Of a stretch of DNA of 64,000 nucleotides, positions 26,085-40,200 are shown in pieces. Below the pieces are notes generated by a model, which saw nothing but the letters and a program-made list of their open reading frames with translations, ran no database searches and had not been told where the DNA came from. Made by a program: the position numbers and the translations under genes. Numbering within the stretch: the first letter of the stretch is position 1; every line of letters starts with the position of its first letter. The stretch is from the NCBI GenBank assembly GCA_964016885.1, contig OZ024744.1, forward strand, positions 15,996,001-16,060,000. Reading direction: 5' to 3'. The stretch comes from Eledone cirrhosa. Its lineage: Eukaryota.

Positions 26085-29000
26085 TATGAAGGAAGTTGGA
26101 GAAGGAGAATATGAAGGAAGTTGAAGAAGGAGAATCTGAAGGAAGTTGGGGAAGGAGAGTATGAAGGAAGTTGAAGGAGAAGAATATGAAGGAAGTTGAA
26201 GAAAGAGAATATGAAGGAAGATCGAGGAGGAGAGTATGAAGGAAGTTGGAGGAGGAGAGTATGAAGGAAGTTGGAGAAGGAGAGTATGAAGGAAGTTGGA
26301 GAAGGAGAATCTGAAGAAGTTGGAGAAGGAGAGTATGAAGGAAGTTGAAGGAGAAGAATATGAAGGAAGTTGAAGAAAGAGAATCTGAAGGAAGTTGGAG
26401 AAGGAGAATATGAAGGAAGTTGAAGGAGGAGAATATGAAGGAAGTTGGAGAAGGAGAATCAGAAGGAAGTTGGAGAAGCACAGAATGAAGGAAGTTGAAG
26501 AAGGAGAATCTGAAAGAAGTTGGAGAAGGAGAGTATGAAGGAAGTTGAAGAAGGAGAATCTGAAGGAAGTTGGAGAAGGAGAGTATGAAGGAAGTTGAAG
26601 GAGAAGAATATGAAGGAAGTTGAAGAAGGAGAATCTGAAGGAAGTTGGAGCAGGAGAGTATGAAGGAAGTTGGAGAAGGAGAGTATGAAGGAAGTTGGAG
26701 AAGGAGAGTATGAAGGAAGTTGAAGGAGGAGAATATGAAGTAAGTTGAAGATCGAGAATCTGAAGGAAGTTGGAGGAGAATATGAAGGAAGTTGGAGAAG
26801 GAGAATATGAAGGAAGTTGAAGAAGGAGAATATAAACGAATTTGGAGAAGGAGAGTATGAAGGAAGTTGGAGAATGAGAATCTGAAGGAAGTTGGAGAAG
26901 GAGAGTATGAAGGAAGTTTGAGAAGGAGAATCTGAAGGAAGTTGGAGAAGGAGAGTACGAAGGAAGTTTGAGAAGGAGAATCTGAAGGAAGTTGGAGAAG
27001 GAGAGTATGAAGGAAATTGGAGAAGGAGAATATGAAGAAAGTTGAAGGAGGAGAGTATGAAGGAAGTTGGAGAAGGAGAGTATGAAGGAAGTTGAAGAAG
27101 GAGAATCTGAAGGAAGTTGGGGAAGGAGAGTATGAAGGAAGTTGAAGGAGAAGAATATGAAGGAAGTTGAAGAAAGAGAATATGAAGGAAGATGGAGGAG
27201 GAGAGTATGAAGGAAGTTGAAGGAGAAGAATATGAAGGAAGTTGAAGAAAGAGAATCTGAAGGAAGTTGGAGAAGGAGAATATGAAGGAAGTTGAAGGAG
27301 GAGAATATGAAGGAAGTTGGAGAAGGAGAGTCTGAAGGAAGTTGGAGAAGCACAGAATGAAGGAAGTTGAAGAAGGAGAATCTGAAAGAAGTTGGAGAAG
27401 GAGAGTATGAAGGAAGTTGAAGAAGGAGAATCTGAAGGAAGTTGGAGAAGGAGAGTATGAAGGAAGTTGAAGGAGAAGAATATGAAGGAAGTTGAAGAAG
27501 GAGAATCTGAAGGAAGTTGGAGCAGGAGAGTATGAAGGAAGTTGGAGAAGGAGAGTATGAAGGAAGTTGGAGAAGGAGAGTATGAAGGAAGTTGAAGGAG
27601 GAGAATATGAAGTAAGTTGAAGATCGAGAATCTGAAGGAAGTTGGAGGAGAATATGAAGGAAGTTGGAGAAGGAGAATATGAAGGAAGTTGAAGAAGGAG
27701 AATATAAACGAATTTGCAGAAGGAGAGTATGAAGGAAGTTGGAGAATGAGAATCTGAAGGAAGTTGGAGAAGGAGAGTATGAAGGAAGTTTGAGAAGGAG
27801 AATCTGAAGGAAGTTGGAGAAGGAGAGTACGAAGGAAGTTGAAGGAGAAGAATATGAAGGAAGTTGAAAAATGAGAATCTGAAGGAAGTTGGAGAAGGAG
27901 AATATAAAGGAAATTGAAGGAGGAGAATGTGGACGAAGTTGGAGAAGGAGAATATGAAGGAAGTTGAAGGAGGAGAATATTAAGGAAGTTGAAGGAGGAG
28001 AATATGAACGAAGTTGGAGAAGAAGAATATGAAGGAAGTTGAAGAAGGAGAATCTGAAGGAAGTTGGAGGAGAGTATGAAGGAAGTTGGAGAAGGAGAGT
28101 ATGAAGGAAGTTGAAGGAGGAGAATATGAACGAAGTTGGAGAAGGAGAATATGAAGGAAGTTGAAGAAGGAGAATCAGAAGGAAGTTGGAGAAGGAGAGT
28201 ATGAAGGAAGTTGGAGAAGGAGAATATGAAGGAAGTTGAAGGAGGAGAATCTGAAGGAAGTTGGAGGAGAGTATGAAGGAAGTTGGAGAATGAGAGTATG
28301 AAGGAAGTTGAAGGAGGAGAATATGAACGAAGTTGGAGAAGGAGAATATGAAGGAAGTTGAAGTAGGAGAATATGAAGGAAGTTGAAGAAGGAGAATCAG
28401 AAGGAAGTTGGAGAAGGAGAGTATGAAGGAAGTTGAAACAGGAGAATCTGAAAGAAGTTGGAGAAGTAGAGTATGAAGGAAGTTGGAGAAGGAGAATATG
28501 AAGGATGTTGAAGGAGGAGAATATGAAGGAAGTTGGAGAAGGAGAGTATGATGGAAGTTGGAGAAGGAGAATATGAAGGAAGTTGGAGAAGGAGAGTATG
28601 AAGGAAGTTGGAGAAGGAGAATATGAAGAAAGTTGGAGAAGGAGAGTATGAAGGAAGTTGAAGGAGAAGAATATGTAGGAAGTTGAAGAAGGAGAATCTG
28701 AAGGAAGTTGGAGAAGGAGAGTATGAAGGAAGTTGGAGAAGGTGAGTATGAAGGAAGTTGGAGAAGGAGAGTATGAAGGAAGTTGAAAGAGGAGAATATG
28801 AAGTAAGTTGAAGAAGGAGAATCTGGAGGAAGTTGGAGGAGATTATGAAGGAAGTTGGAGAAGGAGAATATGAAGGAAGGTGAAGGAGGAGAATATAAAC
28901 GAATTTGGAGAAGGAGAGTATGAAGGAAGTTGGAGAATGAGAATCTGAAGGAAGTTGGTGAAGGAGAGTATGAAGGAAGTTTGAGAAGGAGAATCTGAAG

Positions 29001-29400
29001 GATGTTGGAGAAGGAGAGTACGAAGGAAGTTGAAGGAGAAGAATATGAAGGAAGTTGAAGAAGGAGAATATGAAGGAAGTTGGAGAAGGAGAGTATGAAG
29101 GAAGTTGGAGAAGGAGAATATGAAGGAAATTGAAGGAGGAGAATATGAACGAAGTTGGAGAAGAAAAATATGAAGGAAGTTGAAGAAGGATAATCTGAAG
29201 GAAGTTGGAGGAGAGTATGAAGGAAGTTGGAGAAGGAGAGTATGAAGGAAGTTGAAGGAGGAGAATATGAACGAAGTTGGAGAAGGAGAATATGAAGGAA
29301 GCTGAAGAAGGAGAATCAGAAGGAAGTTGGAGAAGGAGAATATGAAGGAAGTTGAAGGAGGAGAATATGAAGGAATTTGGAGAAGGAGAGTATGAAGGAA
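26085..29400 (+). repeat. ~3.3-kb block present three times (also ~830-4030 and ~32050-35370)
   Basis: AAGCACAG pair spaced 872 bp at 1226/2098, 26481/27353 and 32450/33322. The rare ATCTGGAGG variant occurs at 3441, 28821 and 34790. Confidence 0.85.
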
Positions 29401-31224
29401 GTTGGAGAATGAGAATCTGAAGGAAGTTGGAGAAGGAGAGTATGAAGGAAATTGGAGAAGGAGAATATGAAGAAAGTTGAAGGAGGAGAGTATGAAGGAC
29501 GTTGGAGAAGGAGAGTATGAAGGAAGTTGAAGAAGGAGAATCTGAAGGAAGTTGGGGAAGGAGAGTATGAAGGAAGTTGAAGAAGGAGAATCTGAAGGAA
29601 GTTGGAGCAGGAGAGTATGAAGGAAGTTGGAGAAGGAGAGTATGAAGGAAGTTGGAGAAGGAGAGTATGAAGGAAGTTGAAGGAGGAGAATATGAAGTAA
29701 GTTGAAGATCGAGAATCTGAAGGAAGTTGGAGGAGAATATGAAGGAAGTTGGAGAAGGAGAATATGAAGGAAGTTGAAGAAGGAGAATATAAACGAATTT
29801 GGAGAAGGAGAGTATGAAGGAAGTTGGAGAATGAGAATCTGAAGGAAGTTGGAGAAGGAGAGTATGAAGGAAGTTTGAGAAGGAGAATCTGAAGGAAGTT
29901 GGAGAAGGAGAGTACGAAGGAAGTTGAAGGAGAAGAATATGAAGGAAGTTGAAAAATGAGAATCTGAAGGAAGTTGGAGAAGGAGAATATTAAGGAAATT
30001 GAAGGAGGAGAATGTGGACGAAGTTGGAGAAGGAGAATATGAAGGAAGTTGAAGGAGGAGAATATTAAGGAAGTTGAAGGAGGAGAATATGAACGAAGTT
30101 GGAGAAGAAGAATATGAAGGAAGTTGAAGAAGGAGAATCTGAAGGAAGTTGGAGGAGAGTATGAAGGAAGTTGGAGAAGGAGAGTATGAAGGAAGTTGAA
30201 GGAGGAGAATATGAACGAAGTTGGAGAAGGAGAATATGAAGGAAGTTGAAGAAGGAGAATCAGAAGGAAGTTGGAGAAGGAGAGTATGAAGGAAGTTGGA
30301 GAAGGAGAATATGAAGGAAGTTGAAGGAGGAGAATATGAAGGAAGTTGGAGAAGGAGAGTATGAAGGAAGTTGGAGAAGGAGAATATGAAGGAAGTCGGA
30401 GAAGGAGAGTATGAAGGAAGTTGGAGAAGGAGAATATGAAGAAAGTTGAAGGAGGAGAGTATGAAGGAAGTTGACGGAGAAGAATATGAAGGAAGTTGAA
30501 GAAGGAGAATCTGAAGGAAGTTGGAGAAGGAGAATATAAAGGAAATTGAAGGAGGAGAATGTGGACGTAGTTGGAGAAGGAGAATATGAAGGAAGTTGAA
30601 GGAGGAGAATATTATGGAAGTTGAAGAAGGAGAATCAGAAGGAAGTTGGAGAAGGAGAATATGAAGGAAGTTGAAGGAGGAGAATATAAACGAATTTGGA
30701 GAAGGAGAGTATGAAGGAAGTTGGAGAATGAGAATGTGAAGGAAGTTGGAGAAGGAGAGTATGAAGGAAGTTTGAGAAGGAGAATCTGAAGGATGTTGGA
30801 GAAGGAGAGTACGAAGGAAGTTGAAGGAGAAGAATATGAAGAAAGTTGAAGAAGGAGAATCTGAAGGAAGTTGGAGAAGGAGAGTATGAAGGAAGTTGGA
30901 GAAGGAGAATATGAAGGAAATTGAAGGAGGAGAATATGACCGAAGTTGGAGAAGGAGAATATGAAGGAAGTTGAAGAAGGATAATCTGAAGGAAGTTGGA
31001 GGAGAGTATGAAGGAAGTTGGAGAAGGAGAGTATGAAGGAAGTTGAAGGAGGAGAATATGAACGAAGTTGGAGAAGGAGAATATGAAGGAAGCTGAAGAA
31101 GGAGAATCAGAAGGAAGTTGGAGAAGGAGAATATGAAGGAAGTTGAAGGAGGAGAATATGAAGGAATTTGGAGAAGGAGAGTATGAAGGAAGTTGGAGAA
31201 GGAGAATATGAAGGAAGTTGGAGA

Positions 31225-34200
31225 AGGAGAGTATGAAGGAAATTGGAGAAGGAGAATATGAAGAAAGTTGAAGGAGGAGAGTATGAAGGACGTTGGAGAA
31301 GGAGAGTATGAAGGAAGTTGAAGAAGGAGAATCTGAAGGAAGTTGGGGAAGGAGAGTATGAAGGAAGTTGAAGAAGGAGAATCTGAAGGAAGTTGGAGCA
31401 GGAGAGTATGAAGGAAGTTGGAGAAGGAGAGTATGAAGGAAGTTGGAGAAGGAGAGTATGAAGGAAGTTGAAGGAGGAGAATATGAAGTAAGTTGAAGAT
31501 CGAGAATCTGAAGGAAGTTGGAGGAGAATATGAAGGAAGTTGGAGAAGGAGAATATGAAGGAAGTTGAAGAAGGAGAATATAAACGAATTTGGAGAAGGA
31601 GAGTATGAAGGAAGTTGGAGAATGAGAATCTGAAGGAAGTTGGAGAAGGAGAGTATGAAGGAAGTTTGAGAAGGAGAATCTGAAGGAAGTTGGAGAAGGA
31701 GAGTACGAAGGAAGTTGAAGGAGAAGAATATGAAGGAAGTTGAAAAATGAGAATCTGAAGGAAGTTGGAGAAGGAGAATATAAAGGAAATTGAAGGAGGA
31801 GAATGTGGACGAAGTTGGAGAAGGAGAATATGAAGGAAGTTGAAGGAGGAGAATATTAAGGAAGTTGAAGGAGGAGAATATGAAGGAAGTTGGAGAAGAA
31901 GAATATGAAGGAAGTTGAAGAAGGAGAATCTGAAGGAAGTTGGAGAAGGAGAATATAAAGGAAATTGAAGGAGGAGAATGTGGACGAAGTTGGAGAAGGA
32001 GAATATGAAGGAAGTTGAAGGAGGAGAATATTAAGGAAGTTGAAGAAGGAGAGTATGAAGGAAGTTGGAGAAGGAGAATATGAAGGAAGTTGAAGAAGGA
32101 GAATCTGAAGGAAGTTGGGGAAGGAGAGTATGAAGGAAGTTGAAGGAGAAGAATATGAAGGAAGTTGAAGAAAGAGAATATGAAGGAAGATCGAGGAGGA
32201 GAGTATGAAGGAAGTTGGAGGAGGAGAGTATGAAGGAAGTTGGAGAAGGAGAGTATGAAGGAAGTTGGAGAAGGAGAATCTGAAGAAGTTGGAGAAGGAG
32301 AGTATGAAGGAAGTTGAAGGAGAAGAATATGAAGGAAGTTGAAGAAAGAGAATCTGAAGGAAGTTGGAGAAGGAGAATATGAAGGAAGTTGAAGGAGGAG
32401 AATATGAAGGAAGTTGGAGAAGGAGAATCAGAAGGAAGTTGGAGAAGCACAGAATGAAGGAAGTTGAAGAAGGAGAATCTGAAAGAAGTTGGAGAAGGAG
32501 AGTATGAAGGAAGTTGAAGAAGGAGAATCTGAAGGAAGTTGGAGAAGGAGAGTATGAAGGAAGTTGAAGGAGAAGAATATGAAGGAAGTTGAAGAAGGAG
32601 AATCTGAAGGAAGTTGGAGCAGGAGAGTATGAAGGAAGTTGGAGAAGGAGAGTATGAAGGAAGTTGGAGAAGGAGAGTATGAAGGAAGTTGAAGGAGGAG
32701 AATATGAAGTAAGTTGAAGATCGAGAATCTGAAGGAAGTTGGAGGAGAATATGAAGGAAGTTGGAGAAGGAGAATATGAAGGAAGTTGAAGAAGGAGAAT
32801 ATAAACGAATTTGGAGAAGGAGAGTATGAAGGAAGTTGGAGAATGAGAATCTGAAGGAAGTTGGAGAAGGAGAGTATGAAGGAAGTTTGAGAAGGAGAAT
32901 CTGAAGGAAGTTGGAGAAGGAGAGTACGAAGGAAGTTTGAGAAGGAGAATCTGAAGGAAGTTGGAGAAGGAGAGTATGAAGGAAATTGGAGAAGGAGAAT
33001 ATGAAGAAAGTTGAAGGAGGAGAGTATGAAGGAAGTTGGAGAAGGAGAGTATGAAGGAAGTTGAAGAAGGAGAATCTGAAGGAAGTTGGGGAAGGAGAGT
33101 ATGAAGGAAGTTGAAGGAGAAGAATATGAAGGAAGTTGAAGAAAGAGAATTTGAAGGAAGATGGAGGAGGAGAGTATGAAGGAAGTTGAAGGAGAAGAAT
33201 ATGAAGGAAGTTGAAGAAAGAGAATCTGAAGGAAGTTGGAGAAGGAGAATATGAAGGAAGTTGAAGGAGGAGAATATGAAGGAAGTTGGAGAAGGAGAGT
33301 CTGAAGGAAGTTGGAGAAGCACAGAATGAAGGAAGTTGAAGAAGGAGAATCTGAAAGAAGTTGGAGAAGGAGAGTATGAAGGAAGTTGAAGAAGGAGAAT
33401 CTGAAGGAAGTTGGAGAAGGAGAGTATGAAGGAAGTTGAAGGAGAAGAATATGAAGGAAGTTGAAGAAGGAGAATCTGAAGGAAGTTGGAGCAGGAGAGT
33501 ATGAAGGAAGTTGGAGAAGGAGAGTATGAAGGAAGTTGGAGAAGGAGAGTATGAAGGAAGTTGAAGGAGGAGAATATGAAGTAAGTTGAAGATCGAGAAT
33601 CTGAAGGAAGTTGGAGGAGAATATGAAGGAAGTTGGAGAAGGAGAATATGAAGGAAGTTGAAGAAGGAGAATATAAACGAATTTGCAGAAGGAGAGTATG
33701 AAGGAAGTTGGAGAATGAGAATCTGAAGGAAGTTGGAGAAGGAGAGTATGAAGGAAGTTTGAGAAGGAGAATCTGAAGGAAGTTGGAGAAGGAGAGTACG
33801 AAGGAAGTTGAAGGAGAAGAATATGAAGGAAGTTGAAAAATGAGAATCTGAAGGAAGTTGGAGAAGGAGAATATAAAGGAAATTGAAGGAGGAGAATGTG
33901 GACGAAGTTGGAGAAGGAGAATATGAAGGAAGTTGAAGGAGGAGAATATTAAGGAAGTTGAAGGAGGAGAATATGAACGAAGTTGGAGAAGAAGAATATG
34001 AAGGAAGTTGAAGAAGGAGAATCTGAAGGAAGTTGGAGGAGAGTATGAAGGAAGTTGGAGAAGGAGAGTATGAAGGAAGTTGAAGGAGGAGAATATGAAC
34101 GAAGTTGGAGAAGGAGAATATGAAGGAAGTTGAAGAAGGAGAATCAGAAGGAAGTTGGAGAAGGAGAGTATGAAGGAAGTTGGAGAAGGAGAATATGAAG

Positions 34201-37200
34201 GAAGTTGAAGGAGGAGAATCTGAAGGAAGTTGGAGGAGAGTATGAAGGAAGTTGGAGAATGAGAGTATGAAGGAAGTTGAAGGAGGAGAATATGAACGAA
34301 GTTGGAGAAGGAGAATATGAAGGAAGTTGAAGTAGGAGAATATGAAGGAAGTTGAAGAAGGAGAATCAGAAGGAAGTTGGAGAAGGAGAGTATGAAGGAA
34401 GTTGAAACAGGAGAATCTGAAAGAAGTTGGAGAAGTAGAGTATGAAGGAAGTTGGAGAAGGAGAATATGAAGGATGTTGAAGGAGGAGAATATGAAGGAA
34501 GTTGGAGAAGGAGAGTATGATGGAAGTTGGAGAAGGAGAATATGAAGGAAGTTGGAGAAGGAGAGTATGAAGGAAGTTGGAGAAGGAGAATATGAAGAAA
34601 GTTGGAGAAGGAGAGTATGAAGGAAGTTGAAGGAGAAGAATATGTAGGAAGTTGAAGAAGGAGAATCTGAAGGAAGTTGGAGAAGGAGAGTATGAAGGAA
34701 GTTGGAGAAGGTGAGTATGAAGGAAGTTGGAGAAGGAGAGTATGAAGGAAGTTGAAAGAGGAGAATATGAAGTAAGTTGAAGAAGGAGAATCTGGAGGAA
34801 GTTGGAGGAGATTATGAAGGAAGTTGGAGAAGGAGAATATGAAGGAAGGTGAAGGAGGAGAATATAAACGAATTTGGAGAAGGAGAGTATGAAGGAAGTT
34901 GGAGAATGAGAATCTGAAGGAAGTTGGTGAAGGAGAGTATGAAGGAAGTTTGAGAAGGAGAATCTGAAGGATGTTGGAGAAGGAGAGTACGAAGGAAGTT
35001 GAAGGAGAAGAATATGAAGGAAGTTGAAGAAGGAGAATATGAAGGAAGTTGGAGAAGGAGAGTATGAAGGAAGTTGGAGAAGGAGAATATGAAGGAAATT
35101 GAAGGAGGAGAATATGAACGAAGTTGGAGAAGAAAAATATGAAGGAAGTTGAAGAAGGATAATCTGAAGGAAGTTGGAGGAGAGTATGAAGGAAGTTGGA
35201 GAAGGAGAGTATGAAGGAAGTTGAAGGAGGAGAATATGAACGAAGTTGGAGAAGGAGAATATGAAGGAAGCTGAAGAAGGAGAATCAGAAGGAAGTTGGA
35301 GAAGGAGAATATGAAGGAAGTTGAAGGAGGAGAATATGAAGGAATTTGGAGAAGGAGAGTATGAAGGAAGTTGGAGAAGGAGAATATGAAGGAAGTTGGA
35401 GAAGGAGAGTATGAAGGAAATTGGAGAAGGAGAATATGAAGAAAGTTGAAGGAGGAGAGTATGAAGGACGTTGGAGAAGGAGAGTATGAAGGAAGTTGAA
35501 GAAGGAGAATCTGAAGGAAGTTGGGGAAGGAGAGTATGAAGGAAGTTGAAGAAGGAGAATATGAAGGAAATTGAAGGAGGAGAATATGACCGAAGTTGGA
35601 GAAGGAGAATATGAAGGAAGTTGAAGAAGGAGAATCTGAAGGAAGTTGGAGGAGAGTATGAAGGAAGTTGGAGAAGGAGAGTATGAAGGAAGTTGAAGGA
35701 GGAGAATCAGAAGGAAGTTGGAGAAGGAGAGTATGAAGGAAGTTGGAGAAGGAGAATATGAAGAAAGTTGAAGGAGGAGAGTATGAAGGAAGTTGGAGAA
35801 GGAGAGTATGAAGGAAGTTGAAGAAGGAGAATCTGAAGGAAGTTGGGGAAGGAGAGTATGAAGGAAGTTGAAGGAGAAGAATATGAAGGAAGTTGAAAAA
35901 TGAGAATCTGAAGGAAGTTGGAGAAGGAGAATATAAAGGAAATTGAAGGAGGAGAATGTGGACGAAGTTGGAGAAGGAGAATATGAAGGAAGTTGAAGGA
36001 GGAGAATATTAAGGAAGTTGAAGGAGGAGAATATGAACGAAGTTGGAGAAGAAGAATATGAAGGAAGTTGAAGAAGGAGAATCTGAAGGTAGTTGGAGGA
36101 GAGTATGAAGGAAGTTGGAGAAGGAGAGTATGAAGGAAGTTGAAGGAGGAGAATATGAACGAAGTTGGAGAAGGAGAATATGAAGGAAGTTGAAGAAGGA
36201 GAATCAGAAGGAAGTTGGTGAAGGAGAGTATGAAGGAAGTTGGAGAAGGAGAATATGAAGGAAGTTGAAGGAGGAGAATATGAAGGAAGTTGGAGAAGGA
36301 GAGTATGAAGGAAGTTGGAGAAGGAGAATATGAAGGAAGTCGGAGAAGGAGAGTATGAAGGAAGTTGGAGAAGGAGAATATGAAGAAAGTTGAAGGAGGA
36401 GAGTATGAAGGAAGTTGAAGGAGAAGAATATGAAGGAAGTTGAAGAAGGAGAATCTGAAGGAAGTTGGAGAAGGAGAATATAAAGGAAATTGAAGGAGGA
36501 GAATGTGGACGAAGTTGGAGAAGGAGAATATGAAGGAAGTTGAAGGAGGAGAATATTAAGGAAGTTGAAGGAGGAGAATATGAACGAAGTTGGAGAAGAA
36601 GAATATGAAGGAAGTTGAAGAAGGAGAATCTGAAGGAAGTTGGAGGAGAGTATGAAGGAAGTTGGAGAAGGAGAGTATGAAGGAAGTTTGAGAAGGAGAA
36701 TCTGAAGGAAGTTGGAGAAGGAGAGTACGAAGGAAGTTGAAGGAGAAGAATATGAAGGAAGTTGAAAAATGAGAATCTGAAGTTGGAGAAGGAGAATATA
36801 AAGGAAATTGAAGGAGGAGAATGTGGACGAAGTTGGAGAAGGAGAATATGAAGGAAGTTGAAGGAGGAGAATATTAAGGAAGTTGAAGGAGGAGAATATG
36901 AACGAAGTTGGAGAAGAAGAATATGAAGGAAGTTGAAGAAGGAGAATCTGAAGGAAGTTGGAGGAGAGTATGAAGGAAGTTGGAGAAGGAGAGTATGAAG
37001 GAAGTTGAAGGAGGAGAATATGAACGAAGTTGGAGAAGGAGAATATGAAGGAAGTTGAAGAAGGAGAATCAGAAGGAAGTTGGAGAAGGAGAGTATGAAG
37101 GAAGTTGGAGAAGGAGAATATGAAGGAAATTGAAGGAGGAGAATATGAACGAAGTTGGAGAAGAAAAATATGAAGGAAGTTGAAGAAGGATAATCTGAAG

Positions 37201-40200
37201 GAAGTTGGAGGAGAGTATGAAGGAAGTTGGAGAAGGAGAATATGAAGGAAGTTGGAGAAGGAGAGTATGAAGGAAATTGGAGAAGGAGAATATGAAGAAA
37301 GTTGAAGGAGGAGAGTATGAAGGACGTTGGAGAAGGAGAGTATGAAGGAAGTTGAAGAAGGAGAATCTGAAGGAAGTTGGGGAAGGAGAGTATGAAGGAA
37401 GTTGAAGAAGGAGAATCTGAAGGAAGTTGGAGCAGGAGAGTATGAAGGAAGTTGGAGAAGGAGAGTATGAAGGAAGTTGGAGAAGGAGAGTATGAAGGAA
37501 GTTGAAGGAGGAGAATATGAAGTAAGTTGAAGATCGAGAATCTGAAGGAAGTTGGAGGAGAATATGAAGGAAGTTGGAGAAGGAGAATATGAAGGAAGTT
37601 GAAGAAGGAGAATATAAACGAATTTGGAGAAGGAGAGTATGAAGGAAGTTGGAGAATGAGAATCTGAAGGAAGTTGGTGAAGGAGAGTATGAAGGAAGTT
37701 TGAGAAGGAGAATCTGAAGGAAGTTGGAGAAGGAGAGTACGAAGGAAGTTGAAGGAGAAGAATATGAAGGAAGTTGAAAAATGAGAATCTGAAGGAAGTT
37801 GGAGAAGGAGAATATAAAGGAAATTGAAGGAGGAGAATGTGGACGAAGTTGGAGAAGGAGAATATGAAGGAAGTTGAAGGAGGAGAATATTAAGGAAGTT
37901 GAAGGAGGAGAATATGAACGAAGTTGGAGAAGAAGAATATGAAGGAAGTTGAAGAAGGAGAATCTGAAGGAAGTTGGAGGAGAGTATGAAGGAAGTTGGA
38001 GAAGGAGAGTATGAAGGAAGTTGAAGGAGGAGAATATGAACGAAGTTGGAGAAGGAGAATATGAAGGAAGTTGAAGAAGGAGAATCAGAAGGAAGTTGGA
38101 GAAGGAGAGTATGAAGGAAGTTGGAGAAGGAGAATATGAAGGAAGTTGAAGGAGGAGAATATGAAGGAAGTTGGAGAAGGAGAGTATGAAGGAAGTTGGA
38201 GAAGGAGAATATGAAGGAAGTCGGAGAAGGAGAGTATGAAGGAAGTTGGAGAAGGAGAATATGAAGAAAGTTGAAGGAGGAGAGTATGAAGGAAGTTGAA
38301 GGAGAAGAATATGAAGGAAGTTGAAGAAGGAGAATCTGAAGGAAGTTGGAGAAGGAGAATATAAAGGAAATTGAAGGAAGAGAATGTGGACGAAGTTGGA
38401 GAAGGAGAATATGAAGGAAGTTGAAGGAGGAGAATATTAAGGAAGTTGAAGAAGGAGAATCAGAAGGAAGTTGGAGAAGGAGAATATGAAGGAAGTTGAA
38501 GGAGGAGAATATAAACGAATTTGGAGAAGGAGAGTATGAAGGAAGTTGGAGAATGAGAATGTGAAGGAAGTTGGAGAAGGAGAGTATGAAGGAAGTTTGA
38601 GAAGGAGAATCTGAAGGATGTTGGGGAAGGAGAGTACGAAGGAAGTTGAAGGAGAAGAATATGAAGAAAGTTGAAGAAGGAGAATCTGAAGGAAGTTGGA
38701 GAAGGAGAGTATGAAGGAAGTTGGAGAAGGAGAATATGAAGGAAATTGAAGGAGGAGAATATGACCGAAGTTGGAGAAGGAGAGTATGAAGGAAGTTGAA
38801 GGAGGAGAATCAGAAGGAAGTTGGAGAAGGAGAGTATGAAGGAAGTTGGAGAAGGAGAATATGAAGAAAGTTGAAGGAGGAGAGTATGAAGGAAGTTGGA
38901 GAAGGAGAGTATGAAGGAAGTTGAAGAAGGAGAATCTGAAGGAAGTTGGGGAAGGAGAGTATGAAGGAAGTTGAAGGAGGAGAATATGAAGTAAGCTGAA
39001 GATCGAGAATCTGAAGGAAGTTGGAGGAGAATATGAAGGAAGTTGGAGAAGGAGAATATGAAGGAAGTTGAAGAAGGAGAATATAAACGAATTTGGAGAA
39101 GGAGAGTATGAAGGAAGTTGGAGAATGAGAATCTGAAGGAAGTTGGAGAAGGAGAGTATGAAGGAAGTTTGAGAAGGAGAATCTGAAGGAAGTTGGAGAA
39201 GGAGAGTACGAAGGAAGTTGAAGGAGAAGAATATGAAGGAAGTTGAAAAATGAGAATCTGAAGGAAGTTGGAGAAGGAGAATATAAAGGAAATTGAAGGA
39301 GGAGAATGTAGAGGAAGTTGGAGAAGGAGAATATGAAGGAAGTTGAAGGAGGAGAATATTAAGGAAGTTGAAGGAGGAGAATATGAACGAAGTTGGAGAA
39401 GAAGAATATGAAGGAAGTTGAAGAAGGAGAATCTGAAGCAAGTTGGAGGAGAGTATGAAGGAAGTTGGAGAAGGAGAGTATGAAGGAAGTTGAAGGAGGA
39501 AAATATGAACGAAGTTGGAGAAGGAGAATATGAAGGAAGTTGAAGAAGGAGAATCAGAAGGAAGTTGGAGAAGGAGAGTATGAAGGAAGTTGGAGAAGGA
39601 GAATATGAAGGAAGTTGGAGAAGGAGAGTATGAAGGAAGTTGGAGAAGGAGAATATGAAGGAAGTCGGAGAAGGAGAGTATGAAGGAAGTTGGAGAAGGA
39701 GAATATGAAGAAAGTTGAAGGAGGAGAGTATGAAGGAAGTTGAAGGAGAAGAATATGAAGGAAGTTGAACAAGGAGAATCTGAAGGAAGTTGGAGAAGGA
39801 GAATATAAAGGAAATTGAAGGAGGAGAATGTGGACGAAGTTGGAGAAGGAGAATATGAAGGAAGTTGAAGGAGGAGAATATTAAGGAAGTTGAAGAAGGA
39901 GAATCAGAAGGAAGTTGGAGAAGGAGAATATGAAGGAAGTTGAAGGAGGAGAATATAAACGAATTTGGAGAAGGAGAGTATGAAGGAAGTTGGAGAATGA
40001 GAATGTGAAGGAAGTTGGAGAAGGAGAGTATGAAGGAAGTTTGAGAAGGAGAATCTGAAGGATGTTGGAGAAGGAGAGTACGAAGGAAGTTGAAGGAGAA
40101 GAATATGAAGAAAGTTGAAGAAGGAGAATCTGAAGGAAGTTGGAGAAGGAGAGTATGAAGGAAGTTGGAGAAGGAGAATATGAAGGAAATTGAAGGAGGA

